From assembly GCF_006345805.1 (NCBI RefSeq), contig NC_043012.1, positions 34,224,001 through 34,288,000 on the forward strand: a DNA stretch of 64,000 bases. The letters are read 5' to 3'. Below the pieces are notes generated by a model. That model did no database searches. It had not been told where the DNA came from and was given only the letters and a program-made list of their open reading frames with translations. Numbering within the stretch: the stretch's first letter is position 1; the number at the start of each line of letters is the position of its first letter. Below are positions 1-13,282 of this stretch, piece by piece. The translations under genes were made by a program, and so were the position numbers. This stretch comes from Octopus sinensis (Eukaryota).

Positions 1-784
1 CTTAATCCGTTTGTCCCCTCTGTGTTTAGCCCCTTGTGGGTAGTAAAGAAATAGGTATCGACTTACCCAAGTCGGTGGAGCTGGACGACAGTCATCCTCA
101 TCCCCACAGACTGAACTTTCGGAATTTTTTTTGGTGGTGGGGTTTGACTGTCATCCCGCTCCACCCCCAAGCCTAACAATTATTACAGGTAATGTTATTA
201 TAGGCTTTTATTTTCATTACTTTACACCATCATTAAGTAAGACTAGTTAACTTATGCCATCTTTGTTAAACACAAAACAAAGCAAAATGCATTAAAACTG
301 TTTACGAAAAGTCAGCGAGCACGGATCACTATTTGAACATTTTCGGAAATGAAAGAAAAAAAAAGTAAAATTAAAAAACTGGATTGTGTCCTTAAAGTAT
401 TTCGTAATTCAGAAAAGTCAAGTTATTATGCTCGTATCCCGAGGTCCCCTTCCAAAATGACGCCCCGAAGTTTTATGATGCATCTTTCTTCATTTCTGTT
501 CAGTCTAACAAATTAACAATGATCTCTCTTATATAGCATCCTATTATTATTCTTTTGCACCTGGGATGCCTTAAAGGGAATATGTTGACCATTTTACACT
601 CTGGCTGTCAGGCGTGGTTAGGTAGTGTCTTAAAGCTTAGGACCTTAGCTACTGATTTATTTTATGCATCTTTTTCCTTTTCTGCTTTCTGGAAACAAAC
701 AAAAGAAAAACAAAAACAAAACATTGTCTTATATCTGGTATTGACACAAATTATTGAAATAACTTAAGTAGGAGAAATATTTAA

Positions 785-1364
785 CACCCGGCAACCAAAA
801 AGAAAAACAACCCCTAAAAACAAGTGTAATAGGTGTAAAAAAAATGTATTAAACAAATTTGAAAAAAAGTTGCGCCAACGAATCGTGGGGTGGAGAAAGG
901 ACTTTCGGAAAATTCACAAGATCCGAAGTTTTCCCTCATAGGAAAATGGATATCTTTCAATGAAATTTTATATAAATACCTTTCAAACGGCATAGATTAT
1001 GATTATAAAGAAATTTGCGGGGAAAATGTTTTTCCGAGCAAATGGTGAAAGGACTTTCGAAGAGAAAGATAAATTATTATTTTTTTTTGCTTGAGTGTAA
1101 TGGAAAAAAGTTTTTAAAAAATTTGGTTAATGTTTCCCCATAAATTTCTTTATAATCGTAATATATGTTGTTTGAAAGGTGTTTGTATAAAATTTCATTG
1201 AAGATATCCATTTTCCTAAAAAATTAGGGAAAAAATCGGATCTTGTGAATTTTCCGAAATCCTCTCTCCACCCCCTGATTAGTTGGCGCAAATTTTTGTT
1301 TTCATTTTAGTTTAATACACATTTTCTTTTACCCCCATTACACTTTTCTTTTGGTTGCTGAGTG
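785..1364. mobile_element. Foldback element with ~240-bp imperfect inverted repeats and TTAA flanks
   Basis: 785-1027 is the diverged reverse complement of 1133-1364. Confidence 0.75.
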
Positions 1365-1390
1365 TTAAAGTAAGCATTAACCCTTATTTT

Positions 1391-1427
1391 CCTAAATTTT
1401 CGTTGCTTCTTGCAACCTCTTCAGTAG
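1391..1427 (-). ncRNA. Minimal hammerhead-like motif (canonical C3-G8)
   Basis: cta-CTGAAGA-g-gttgc-aagaa-gcaac-GAAA-attt-agg. Confidence 0.5.
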
Positions 1428-3008
1428 TCGTTGACTCTTTTCGTAATTCCTTAAATACAAATAATTTAGAAGACAAAATTTGTCAGTTAAAGCAAGAACA
1501 GTCGAAAGAAAACGGTAAAGTCCGACAATCTGAATGTACAAAGTACAAGTCTTCAATTTTCAATTGATGCCAATTTTAAGACAATGTTATATATTTCGGT
1601 TAATTTACCAAAATAAGTAAATTCTGGAAATCGAACCGGTGAGTGTGTTAATGAGACATTAAAACAGGCCGACTCACCCCAGACACAAAATATTTATTGC
1701 AAGTTATCTTAGAAATAAAATTCTTTGAGGCCGCTTCTTCAAAGTTATCTCTCTTGACAATTCCTCTCGACGAGACACTGTCATGTTCACATACATGGCA
1801 CACATACACACACCTATAACATACAACAATCTCACACTATTCACACACTCAGCTACACTGTCAAACATACTGGTATGTACTTTTGTACTAATCGTCATGG
1901 ACAGACTCCTAGCATTATATACACGGTCAACGTTGATGCACTGATACATACATAAACACACATGAAGTGTATATTGTCAGCGTGATAAACAGTTGGAGTA
2001 GATGCTGTCAACATGATATAGTGTAACAGATTGTATATGCAATATGATATTGTGACACAGACGAAGTATAAATAGTCAGATCTACCGTAGCACATTTTAC
2101 ATGCAGACATGTATGCACGTGTGCAAGTTTTTGTATAACATTTTTATTGATACATTTTCTCTCACATGTAGACATGTACGAGTTGATATTTTTGCATGTA
2201 TCCACATACTAGAGCACATTTTACAAATACATGTGCACCATGACATGGCATAATACATGTTTACATACGTGCACACATTCGGCCAAGAAATGGCAACTGC
2301 AGTTAAGAAATAACTCTTATGGCTGCTAATTTTATTAATACATTTTGATGGTAATGGCAGAAAAAGGCTAAAGATTTGGTACATTGGGTTTGCTAACTCC
2401 TGAAGGGTTGCAGGATTTATGATGAACTCTTGACATGATTTAAATTACCCTCAAACTTAGAGACAGTTGAGGTTTCTTCACTTAATTTCTTGCATAGTCA
2501 AGGAAGACCGTTGTGTAATATTGCTGATGTTAGTTTAGTCTTTCTGGTCACAAGGTGGCCTCACTAGTACTGATGCCATTAAAACAGTGCCTGGTACACT
2601 CTGTGAAGTGATTGGTTTTAGGAAAGACATCCAGTTATATAAACCATTCCAAAAACTGAGACATTTTAGCAAGACCTGTCTTCTGACCTATTTGATCCTG
2701 TCAAAGTAAACATGGAAGGATGATAAATTTCTTCCTTGGTCCACCATCATATCTCATAGACAGAACCTTATGACATATAAATAAATGTAGCAAAGGCTAA
2801 GTTTTTAATAAGTAGGAATAAAGACAAAGCTTTGGTATCTTCAGAGAAATGGCCTTGTTTGATATGTAGGACAGGTTCAGGTATAAACTCCATATGCTGT
2901 GCCTAATGTAAGCTGTGGGCACATGTGATACAGTGGACTCCCAGAATGTAAGCTTTATGTATGGGAGATGCACTTGGTGCAGTACACCCTGGAAATAATT
3001 TCACTTAA

Positions 3009-3228
3009 CCCATTAGCTCCAGATTATTTTGTCAAAATGTAATGTTTATTTATTTACATTTTTCTCAGTTAATCATGTATTATCTTGTAGCTTTGAGATA
3101 TTCATGATGTGACTATTTATTTTTAGAATGATGTAATAGTGTAGGTGTGAGAGGCTAGATCTGTCCAGGATTAACATGGAACAAGTAGAAAATTTGGTCT
3201 GGATAGGGTCGGTTTAGATGCTAATGGG
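3009..3228. mobile_element. piggyBac-like TTAA MITE
   Basis: TTAA|CCCATTAGC...GCTAATGGG|TTAA; removing it rejoins the RTE reading. Confidence 0.8.
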
Positions 3229-3400
3229 TTAAATGCCTGGATGGTTCACTTGAAGTAGTTGATAGATTTTATTAATCTAGGACATGTAATTAGCAAGAGA
3301 GGTGGTTGCTCTGAAAGTATACTAGCCAGAGTAAGAATAGGTTGGAAAAAGTTGAGGAAGCTGCTACCACTGTAAGCAACAAAGATCTTTTCCTTTAGAG

Positions 3401-4002
3401 CAGTGGTTTTCAAACATTGTTTTGCCTTTGGACCTTTTTGGTTCCTAGTTTACTCTTACTGGACCCTCATAGTCATTCAATGTCTAAAAACATCCTATTT
3501 TTATTGTGGAATATTAAGAATTGTATAAAAAAAAATTGTTAAAATATTTTGTGTACTGTAGAATTATAACCAATTTATTGCAGACTAGCACTATGACCCG
3601 GCAACGCTGGGTCATAGTGCTAGTGCATGCATATACAGCTGTGTGTGTGTGTGTACGTACACGTGAGTACTGTCCAAATCTCCAACCAATCACATACAGC
3701 TAGCTGGCATTCAATTGGCGTATCAAGTTTCAGGCATTTTGATTGGGTTTTGGATAGAAAATTCACAAAAAAGTCACTTTTATTGATTTTTTAATGGTTT
3801 TGCAGGGTGACTGGGGAAATGTAAGGATGTGCACGACCACCCTTGGATGGTTTTGAATGACCATAGAAAGTGCGAGCCTTCTAACTGAAAAAATGTGGAT
3901 TTCTATAAAGGACACACACACACAGACAGACATTTTGTCGTTTATATGTAGAGAGATAAAATTTTAATAAAATCTTATAGGGACCCTGGTTGAAAAGTAC
4001 TG
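3401..4002. mobile_element. hAT-type MITE containing a Helitron insertion
   Basis: TIRs CAGTGGTTTTCAA / TTGAAAAGTACTG; 8-bp TSD CTTTAGAG/TTTTAGAG. Confidence 0.8.
3585..3956 (-). mobile_element. Non-autonomous Helitron copy
   Basis: Same family as 50484; A|CTAG...GA|T on the plus strand. Confidence 0.8.
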
Positions 4003-4697
4003 TTTTAGAGTGAAGGACAGATTGTATAACACTTCTGTTAAAACTGCAATACTGTATTGTAGTGAGACATGGGCCTTTTGAATGCAGAGGATTTGAGAAG
4101 GCTGGAAAGAAATGAAACCAACATGTTCCATTGGATTTGCAATATAGGTATGCATGAAAGACGAAGTAGAAATGTGCTGAAAGAAGAACAAGGCAGAATA
4201 GGATTTGGATTTAAGTGTGCAATAAAGAAGACTGTGTTAGTATGGACAGGAAATGCATATGGATGAGGACAGCTTTGTAAAGTCAATGAGTTTGTGGAAG
4301 AAGGAGACCCTGGAAGACATGGAACAACATTGTCAAGGCTGATCTGTCAGGACCCTGAACTTCACAGAAAACTCAGTTGTTTAGCCTTATGCGTTTCTTG
4401 AAAAGACTAGTCTTCTTAGTGAAAGCTTGAATTCCAGTAGCAACTTGTGTGTACATGGGTACATCATCTAACTGCAGCTCTTCCTTGATGTTACTTGGTT
4501 CTCCCCATCAAAATATGCCTCTCACCTTCATCATGCTTATCTCTCTCTCTCTTCCTCACCCATTGCTACTACATCCACAACATCATGCTATCTTTCTCAT
4601 TCTTCTCGTGTCATTTCTATTCTCGACATATACCTCCTCACTAACTTATTGCATCATTTGTAGTCACTTACTTTCTTCGCCTATTCCGCCCCCCCTA

Positions 4698-4912
4698 CCT
4701 ATTTCTTTACTACCCACAAGGGCTAAACACAGAGGGGACAAACGGATTAAGTCGATTACATCGACCCCAGTGCGTAACTTGTAATTCATCGACCCTGAAA
4801 GGATGAAAGGCAAAGTCGACCTCAGCGGAATTTGAACTCAGAACGTAGCGGCAGACGAAATACGGCTACGCATTTCGCCCCGGCGTGCTAACGTTTCTGC
4901 CAGCTCGCAGCC
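4698..4912 (-). mobile_element. tRNA-derived SINE, family A
   Basis: A-box-like AGCTGGCAGAA, B box GTTCAAATTCC, body GCCTTTCATCCTTTCGGGGTCGAT, tail GTAAAGAAATAGG; many copies in the window. Confidence 0.85.
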
Positions 4913-5369
4913 TTAAATTATTATACTCTATATAAACAGCTGGGAGCGTAAAAGTGCATGTGATATTTGTCTTTATCTCTAATGTGAAAACACACAAAAC
5001 AAAAGCAAAAAACCCCTGAATACTCGAGAAATACTAAATAGGTGAACTTGTAGTAGGATTTTCTTTTCGCTTAAGAGCAAATTTATAGTTAGGTTAATTA
5101 AATACGATGGACCGTGAATAAAAAAAAAAAATTGTCAAATTGATTAAAAGGTACAGATTAGATAATTATTACAATATTTAAGAATGTTATTTCTCTGCCT
5201 TTCACTTCCTTCCCTGAAATTTGAATATTTCGCTTATATTCGAATAAATTTTCTTGTGAAATTCAATATTTAAAGTTTCTGTTTGCCTAAGTTTTTATCC
5301 AACTTGGCCCATCTGATGCACAGTTTGAATTATTTAGGCATAAAATATTCTCTATTTTAGAACACGTTA

Positions 5370-6175
5370 AGAGGGGGCAAAATTACTAACCGGGGGTAAA
5401 ATTGGTAACTTTTGATTTCACGTTATTTTTTCCCCTGCCTATTTGAAATCATTACATTGCAAGTATGGCATTATCATTTTGTATTGCTACATTATATTTA
5501 GGATTAAAAATTGGTCAGCATATTGAGGGAATCCAAAACGTAATCAGGTGGCAGGTGCTATTTCTTCAAGAAATTTTTTACTCCGATTGTAATTGAAGTT
5601 GCTAATAAAATATCTGGATAATTTTTGGTGTTTAACAATCAATATTCTTTTCTCCGTTGGATTCCAAGTCGATTTTTTCTAATTTGATAATTTTCAAGTT
5701 TCAAAAATTGACGTCTAAAATGGGGTAAAATGAATAATGGCTAAATACATCAAGAAGAGAACACTCCAGCAGATCGTGAAGAAGCTATAGAGAATATTTA
5801 ATGTTGAATTTTATTTTTTTATTTAGTCGGGTTTCATTAATTTCCTATCATGTGTCATCTTTCATTTTTCCTAGATATTAATTTTTTTCTCTATTTGCAT
5901 TTCTGATGGATATGGATTTTGTATGTACCTTTTCTGGAGAATTGAAACAGCAAATTTATCTTGGCTTACTCATTTTGCCCCGCTCAAAAAGAACGGCGAT
6001 AATTTTCCTAAATATTGATCAAATTGTTTTATAATTGCAGTTAATACATTCAGGGCAGGCCGTTCGCTGAGCTGATATAGTTTTTGTAAAGTAGTGAACA
6101 TTTGTAAAAAATATATTGTCCCAGTCCAAAACGCAGTAAAAACATCTGATTTTGCCCCACCCCCATTTATATATT
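5370..6175. mobile_element. Old DNA-transposon-like dispersed repeat; inverted relative at ~49490-49880
   Basis: GGGGCAAAAT / ATTTTGCCCC terminal motifs; 5545-5670 matches the reverse complement of 49555-49690. Confidence 0.5.
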
Positions 6176-6782
6176 ATCAGTTTATTCCGTTTTAAGCGAT
6201 TTCAAAATACTTTCCCATCTGCAACTTAAAATTTACAGCCATTTTTCTTCCTTCTTCTCTAACTTTACCTAACATTGAACTTTTAAAACTGTTCTGTTTT
6301 AACGAAATTCCTTCCTTTTAATCATCGTTCAAATAAAAAACTCATTGCCATTAGTTTTTCCTATTAAGGGCAAGTGCGCTTGCAGGACCGTTACTGCGCC
6401 GGACAAAACGATTTGCGGCTTTTCAAATTCTGCCGAGTTAACTTTGCCTTTTAATTTTTTCGAGGTCAATAAGTACCACTAGGGTCAATGTTACCGACTT
6501 TCCCCTCCTTTAAAAAAATTGCTGACCTTTTGCCATAATTTGAAACCTTTATTTTTTTCCTTATTTCTTTGAAGTTTTTCTCCGTCGTTTATTTCCTTCT
6601 ACTTCAATGGTGGGAAAATTCGTTGATTAATGTCAGCGATAAGTCGACGTGTGCTGACCTCCTTTTTTTTTTTTATCTCTCACTATAATACTTGAAAGCT
6701 CTATTAATGTCATATTTGCCATACTTTATTTTATAGATTTTTATGGCATCTAGCTGTCTTTGTTCTTAATGATTTTTTTTTT

Positions 6783-7188
6783 CGAATCTTTTCGGTTTGA
6801 ACGGCAGTTTTTAAAAATAATTTTAAACACTTTTAAACTTGGTATACTGGTAGAATGTGTTTATAAAACATCTTTTTCTCTTGGCTTTATGGAGAAAATT
6901 CTATAGTTTGTAAAATATTTCTTGTTTTTTTTCTTCAATTTCTGCAATTTCAACCAATCAATGACATCTATTGAGGTAAAAAAACATTCTGTGCCGTATG
7001 AATATGTCCCTCGTTTAAGAAACAGATTGGGTTTATTTACATTTGTGAAGAAAAAAAGATACCCTCCCCCCACCCCTAACCCTAAAACAGATTGACATGC
7101 GATAGATCTATACTGGGGTCATAATTATGGGTGACAATTTCATATGACACCGCTAGAAAAAAATTGCCGTTCAAACCGTAAAGATCCC
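6783..7188. mobile_element. MITE-like element in a T-tract with internal CCCTAA units
   Basis: TIR ATCTTTTCGGTTTGAACGGCA / TGCCGTTCAAACCGTAAAGAT. Confidence 0.65.
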
Positions 7189-8178
7189 TTTTTTCTTCTG
7201 AACACTCTTAATTTCTCTCCGTTGTCTCCCTCTCATATTAGGATTTATTTTCGATAAGCACTAGAAAGTTAGGAAGTTATAGCCTTCATACATTTTACTT
7301 TAGGGGTCTTGAATTAAGGGCCGAGATTTGGAATGACTATTGCTATTTTATGGGAAAGGAAAAGGGCACGGAATTGAGATGATGATGGGGTGGGGGAAAA
7401 ATATAAAAATTTAAATGTTTGGAAAAAAATATTCAGAATTGTCAGCACTTGCATGAAACGGGGAAACAAGGGCTTCAGCAAACACTGAAGATGGTGCAGG
7501 GAACCCCACCCGATTCTATGCTCTTTTTCCCTTTGGTCATGACGTTCAGTGGCTACGCATATACCTGATGATCATATTACTTTACGTCCTTAATTACAGG
7601 TATTTTAAATTAAAGGTAAATACAAATAATGAGAAATAGCTTCAAGGCAACGACTAGGAATTGCTAGAGAGAGAAAAATGTCAGCTGGTGGTAGTGTGAG
7701 AGAGGAAGGGGAGGTGCCATGTCTTTGGGGGAGGGAGGGGACATCAGCAGCTCTGAGACGCATTGAACACACACACACACATATTTATTGCCTTGTATTA
7801 ACGGCCATAGCCAGAGGGCACCACACGTACATAGGTACAACTTAGCGGTTTGGCAAAAGAGACCAGTAGAATAAGTGCCAGGCTTCAAGCTGTGTCCCCA
7901 GCACAGCTGCAGTCCAATGACTAAGGCAGGCAAAGGAAAATAAAAGCACATGCAACAGCACACGACATCCGTTTGTCAAAAGTTCTTCCAAAATAGATTT
8001 GAGATTGGAAAAGCAAAACAGGTTTTCTCACATTAGCTGAAACCTGAATAAGTTTGTGACCGTGCTGTGTTAGTATTTCACACACATTACGATGACGGCA
8101 TTAGTACACTCACTCATCAATGCTGTATTTACCTATGCAGGCTTGATAGACTGAAGTGTAGGGTGTCTCTGATCATGG

Positions 8179-8480
<302 letters not shown>

Positions 8481-8898
8481 ATAAAAATTAGAAAAAAAAC
8501 ACCTTTTATCAATTCAAAATGAACAATTAAGTTACACCATCTAGAAAATTACATATGATAGAAAAATTAAAATAATATAAAAGGTAATTTTTATATATAT
8601 ATATTATATTTTGTGAAATTTGATTTAGTATTTCTAAATTGAATTTTTCCCTTTAAGTTAGGAATAATATTCCCTCAAATAATAATTATTATATATATAT
8701 ATATACATACACTCACACACAAAATATTCTATAATTATACACATAATTATAATCAGGGGTCAGCTATAAGCCTTGCCTCGTACTGAATTAGAAATAGATG
8801 CTTATGTCTTTTCAGCTACCATAGAATCTCTGAGACAATAACACACTTTTTTTATGTAGGTAAAAAGAAAAATGATGAATCCGCACAACTTCGGTTAA

Positions 8899-8955
8899 TT
8901 ACAGATGTGTTTCAAATTTAGAGTAAATTATATTTACCTATTTTCCTCAGTGTGA
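8899..8955 (-). ncRNA. Degenerate minimal hammerhead motif
   Basis: aca-CTGAGGA-aaat...attt-GAAA-caca-TC-tgt (cgcgtc decayed by two CpG transitions). Confidence 0.45.
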
Positions 8956-8960
8956 TGATG

Positions 8961-9258
8961 ATCATCATCATCGTTTAACGTCCGCTTTCCATGCTAGCAT
9001 GGGTTGGACGATTTGACTGAGGGCTGCACCAGGCTCCAGTCTTGATCTGGCAGAGTTTCTACACCTGGATGCTCTTCCTAATGCCAACCACTCCGAGAGT
9101 GTAGTGGGTGCTTTTACGTGCCACCAGCATGGGGGTCAGTCAGGCGGTACTGGCAACGACCTCGCTCGAATCATTTTACAGATGCCAGTAAGGCGATGCT
9201 GGTAATGATCACACTCGAATGGTGCCCTTTTACACGCCACTGGCACGGAAGCCAGTTT
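8961..9258 (-). mobile_element. (GAT)n-tailed RTE-related retroelement, family B
   Basis: CATCATCGTTTAACGTCCGCTTTCCATGCTAGCATGGGTTGG...; at least 10 copies in the window. Confidence 0.8.
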
Positions 9259-9611
9259 CTCTGAGTTATAAATTTGCGAGTGTTAGGATCAAATATGTAC
9301 ACAATCAAGTGTCATCACATAACTAATATTCAACTGCACTCCCCAAAATATACAGCTGAATGTGATACATATTTATCCTTTACACCCATGTGTGTGTTAA
9401 GACTTATCTCACAAAAAATCTGCAGTTTCAATCATGGAGTAAATTATATATATATATATATATATACACAACTTATAAACAAGGGCAAAAGAAAAATTCT
9501 AATGCCAAATATGCCGAAAATAGACTTAAATCGTCAATAACACCATAATTTATCACTATAAGCACGTGTCTCAAAGCAAGCCGATAGAAATTTCTAAAAA
9601 AGGTTCCATTA

Positions 9612-9672
9612 TTATCATGTCGGGCCCGATTTCAGAGTTAATTCATAAGAATTTTCTCCTCATCAGTGATAA
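9612..9672 (-). ncRNA. Degenerate minimal hammerhead motif inside inverted-repeat element 9471-9795
   Basis: ttatca-CTGATGA-ggag...ctct-GAAA-tcgggcccga-CA-tgataa. Confidence 0.6.
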
Positions 9673-10736
9673 ATACGGTAAGAAATAAATGAAATACTTA
9701 TACCCATGGAAGAAGCAAACACTAAGTCATGACGATTTGTCTATTTTCGGCTGATTTGGCATTAGAATTTTTTTCTTTTGCCCTTGTTTATAAATTTAAC
9801 CTTTAAAGGTATTTTTTAATATGCTGGCCATTGATAGAATTTTTTCGAAAAATTTTATCCTATATTAGATATATATATTGGATTTGTCATTGTGGGAAAT
9901 TGGTAGGGACTTTTCTTCATCCAAATCCAGCTTGGTCACTGAATAATGAATTTTCTTTTAATAGTTGCTTCTTTTTACCTCACAACTTCAAAATAGTATG
10001 AAATTTTTATGTTTTTCTTTTGCTTTAGAAGAAAAAAGAAATGTGATAATATGGTAGCAATATTTAAGAGTGATGTTCACCCTTTAAGCATTGGGTCCCT
10101 TTTGAAAATTATGGCTCAAAAGAAAAGTGTGTCCAGGTCCAACACTGATGGAACTTACCGTCAAAGGTGTTCCAGTCATGACCATCCCGTCTATTTTCTC
10201 CCAGACACACTATTTGAACTATATTGTCCAATGTAACCTTTCATGTTTTAAGAAAGACAGGTGTGATTTGAAAGACATTTGGCTGCTATCACTTAGGGAT
10301 TAATTAAATTTATCAACTAAAGTAAGGGAGAAACTATTGGTGGTCCTTAAGTGTTGTGAAGTAAAACTCAGGAACTGAAATCAGGTTTCGAATTCTACAT
10401 TGCCTGTCCATAACAAAGAAGATAAAGTAAATGTATTTCTGAACTAATCAAGTGATTTTCTAATTGTGTTAATTAGAGTTTTAATTGCAGTGGTGGTGTA
10501 ATTATTTGCAAGTCTAATTATGTTACCTGCATAATGAATATGCAGCTTAATTACTAGTCAACAGGGCAGTGAAATCTTTCCAAAATCACAACCTTAACAA
10601 TTAATGGTACCTTTCCCAGTGTGAAAAATTGGCCTTTTAATTAACCTTTAATTAACCCATATGTTCCCAGGTTTACTGTTGGAATCTACTGCCTTTTTAT
10701 TTTGTTTTTAGAAGCATTGAATATGCATCATATTAT

Positions 10737-10889
10737 ATAGACAAGAAGGTAATATTTTAAATGCAATATAACCATGAAAACTGCAGAAAGATTGGGTATT
10801 GTTACCCTTCCGACAGGGAAAAATTATATCCAATCTTTCTGCTGTTGTCACAGTTGTATTGCGTTTGAGATATTACCTTCTTGTCTGTA
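10737..10889. repeat. Imperfect inverted repeat, ~60-bp arms
   Basis: AGACAAGAAGGTAATAT...GCAGAAAGATTGG / CCAATCTTTCTGC...ATATTACCTTCTTGTCT. Confidence 0.85.
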
Positions 10890-13282
10890 AACTGCCTTTA
10901 TTTTAAGTTTGAAAGCAAAGAAGAATTTAGTAAAATTATTTTGTAGTGTAAGTTTGATGGTGTGTTTTAATTTAGCTCAACTTTTTAAATCATGAAATTC
11001 ATGTTTTACAACAACAACAGCCCCAGGCAAGTTTGTATCGAAAGAGTTATTAAAAAAAGGGATGTTTATTTTGAGAAATCAAGTTTAAAAAATGCAAGCC
11101 AACAGGGAAGTTATGATTGTAAGTTTTTTTTTTTTTTGTATGAGAATAGATAATTCAACTAGTTTTAATATTTTCCTGGAGGCGAGCTGGCAGAGTCATT
11201 AGAACATGAGGCAAAATGCTTAGCGACATTTCGTTCATCCTTACATTCTGAGTTCAAATTCTGCCAAGGTCAGCTTTGCCTTTCATCCTTTTGGTAGTAT
11301 CAGTTGAACACTGGGGTTGATGTAATCAACTTATTCCCTCCCGTAAAATTGCTGGCCTTGTACCAAAATTTAAAACCACTATTTTATTGGAGAGAAGACC
11401 AGGTTAGTGGTAACATTTTTCGAGGCAGCCAGCCAAACACTGAGAAGGCTTAAGTCACTTAATCTGCTGCTTTAAAACCATTTCTATCAACTCCTCCCCA
11501 TCGTAACACTATAATTTACAAATACTTGCTGCATTTTTGACATAGAATCACTACACTAACCCATGGGATAGTGATGGTGTGGTGGTGCTACAATTTTGTT
11601 ATATCATCATTATTTATAGCTGCTGACCTAAATAAAATATTTTTGAGAAAAATATTTCACAATACTTTATACCACTTGGTTTGTTGGGAGTTGTCAAGTG
11701 GTGGTGCTGGGACAGTCTTTCTAGTTTTCTTGACTCCTGGACTAGATTATGATTAGGTATAAAAAAATTGTGTAACTAAAACCATAGTGGTGGTCACCTG
11801 TGGACTGTTGATGACAGAGATGTCTTGCAATAACGAAATACATTTGATTAATATTTTTAAAAACTGAAACAGAATATCTTGAACATTCATCATCATCATC
11901 ACCACCAACTTTCAGACCTGTTTTCCATGCTGGCATGGGTTGGATGGCTTGACAGCAACTGGCAAGGCCAGGCGCTGCACCAGGTTTCTGAACACAACAA
12001 ATAGAAACATGGATGATGCTGATAAGAAATTTGTTTTAAAAATGAGGTTAAAGTAGGTGGTTAATTTGTGTTTTTGAGCCTCAAAGAATGATACCTTTTG
12101 AACTGTACTTACATGTGGTTCAAGCCTTGGCTACTGTTGACACTACTGGAAGAACAGAACTTCAAGAGATAATGGTTGTGTGTGGCACTGGAAAGTCAAA
12201 AATGGATCTCATTACTTGATCATTCAATTCTCTCTGATTTGTAGGAATGGATCACTTTGAATGCCTTTTGTTATACCAGTCATTCTATAATATCATTAAT
12301 AACATATGAACTTACATTGAAATACTGAGAAGCAAGTTCCTTACATAATGAATATTTTTTTTATAATTAAGCTCCAGGTTAATTAGAAGGTGAAAAAATA
12401 GTTTATTGGACTAACTTTAGTTTAATGGGAATCATTTTTTTATTTATAGAAAAAAAAAACATAATGAAACTTTAGTTTTATAGGGTAGAAGATGACCTCA
12501 TTAGTATTGGTACCGTGGTAGAGTGCAAGGTAAACTTACTCGCATTGGTGCCATTATAAATAAGTTCAAAATAACCTCAGTAGTGCTCTTGCTTTGATGG
12601 AGTACAGTACAACCTCACTGATGCTGGTGTTGTGACAGAGCAGAAGGCAATCTCACTGGTTCTGGAGTGATGAAAAATAGGGTCAACTGGCAACCCCAGT
12701 AGTGCTGGTGTCACAATAAAATACATTCTGTGGGTGATGCTTTAAATGTGAGGCAACTGTAAAAACTATGTTAAGAATAGAATGTACGAGTGTGATAGAG
12801 TCCTTTGGTTTGTGTCTCTGAATAAGAACTGTCTTGAACTATGACAACCCTTCTAACCCATGCCGGTATGGAAAGAAAGTGTAAATTGGTTGTCATAATG
12901 ATAATAATCTCAAGGAGTGACCAGCAGGATTGACTCTGCCAATATTTGAACCAAATAAAGTGGCGAGCTGGCAAAAATAGTAGCATTTCATTTGTCTTTG
13001 AGTTTTGAGTTCAAATTCTGCCGAGGTTGACTTTGCCTTTCATCCTTTTGAGGTCAATGAAAATAAGTACCAGTTGAGCACTGGGGTCAGTGTAATCAAC
13101 TCATTCCCTTCCCTGAACTTGCTGGTCTTGTGCTGATATTTGGACCATATCAAGCACTAACTAGATTGGTGGAAAATAACTCCCTGTTTTTATCTTCTTC
13201 TGCACATTATTCCAATGAATATTTTTGTTCAAATATTATCAATACTGATTGTTCATTGATTATAATAAATTTTTTTTTCCAG

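Larger units (their letters stand above)
2781..4420 (+). mobile_element. Degenerate RTE LINE 3' part interrupted by younger insertions
   Basis: Broken translations INVAKAK, SLEVVDRF, GGCSESILARVRIGWKK, SETWA, AEDLRRLERNE; stops and frameshifts. Confidence 0.8.

Noticed and set aside
7073-7086. Telomeric CCCTAA repeats
   Set aside because: Only two units, internal to a MITE-like element.
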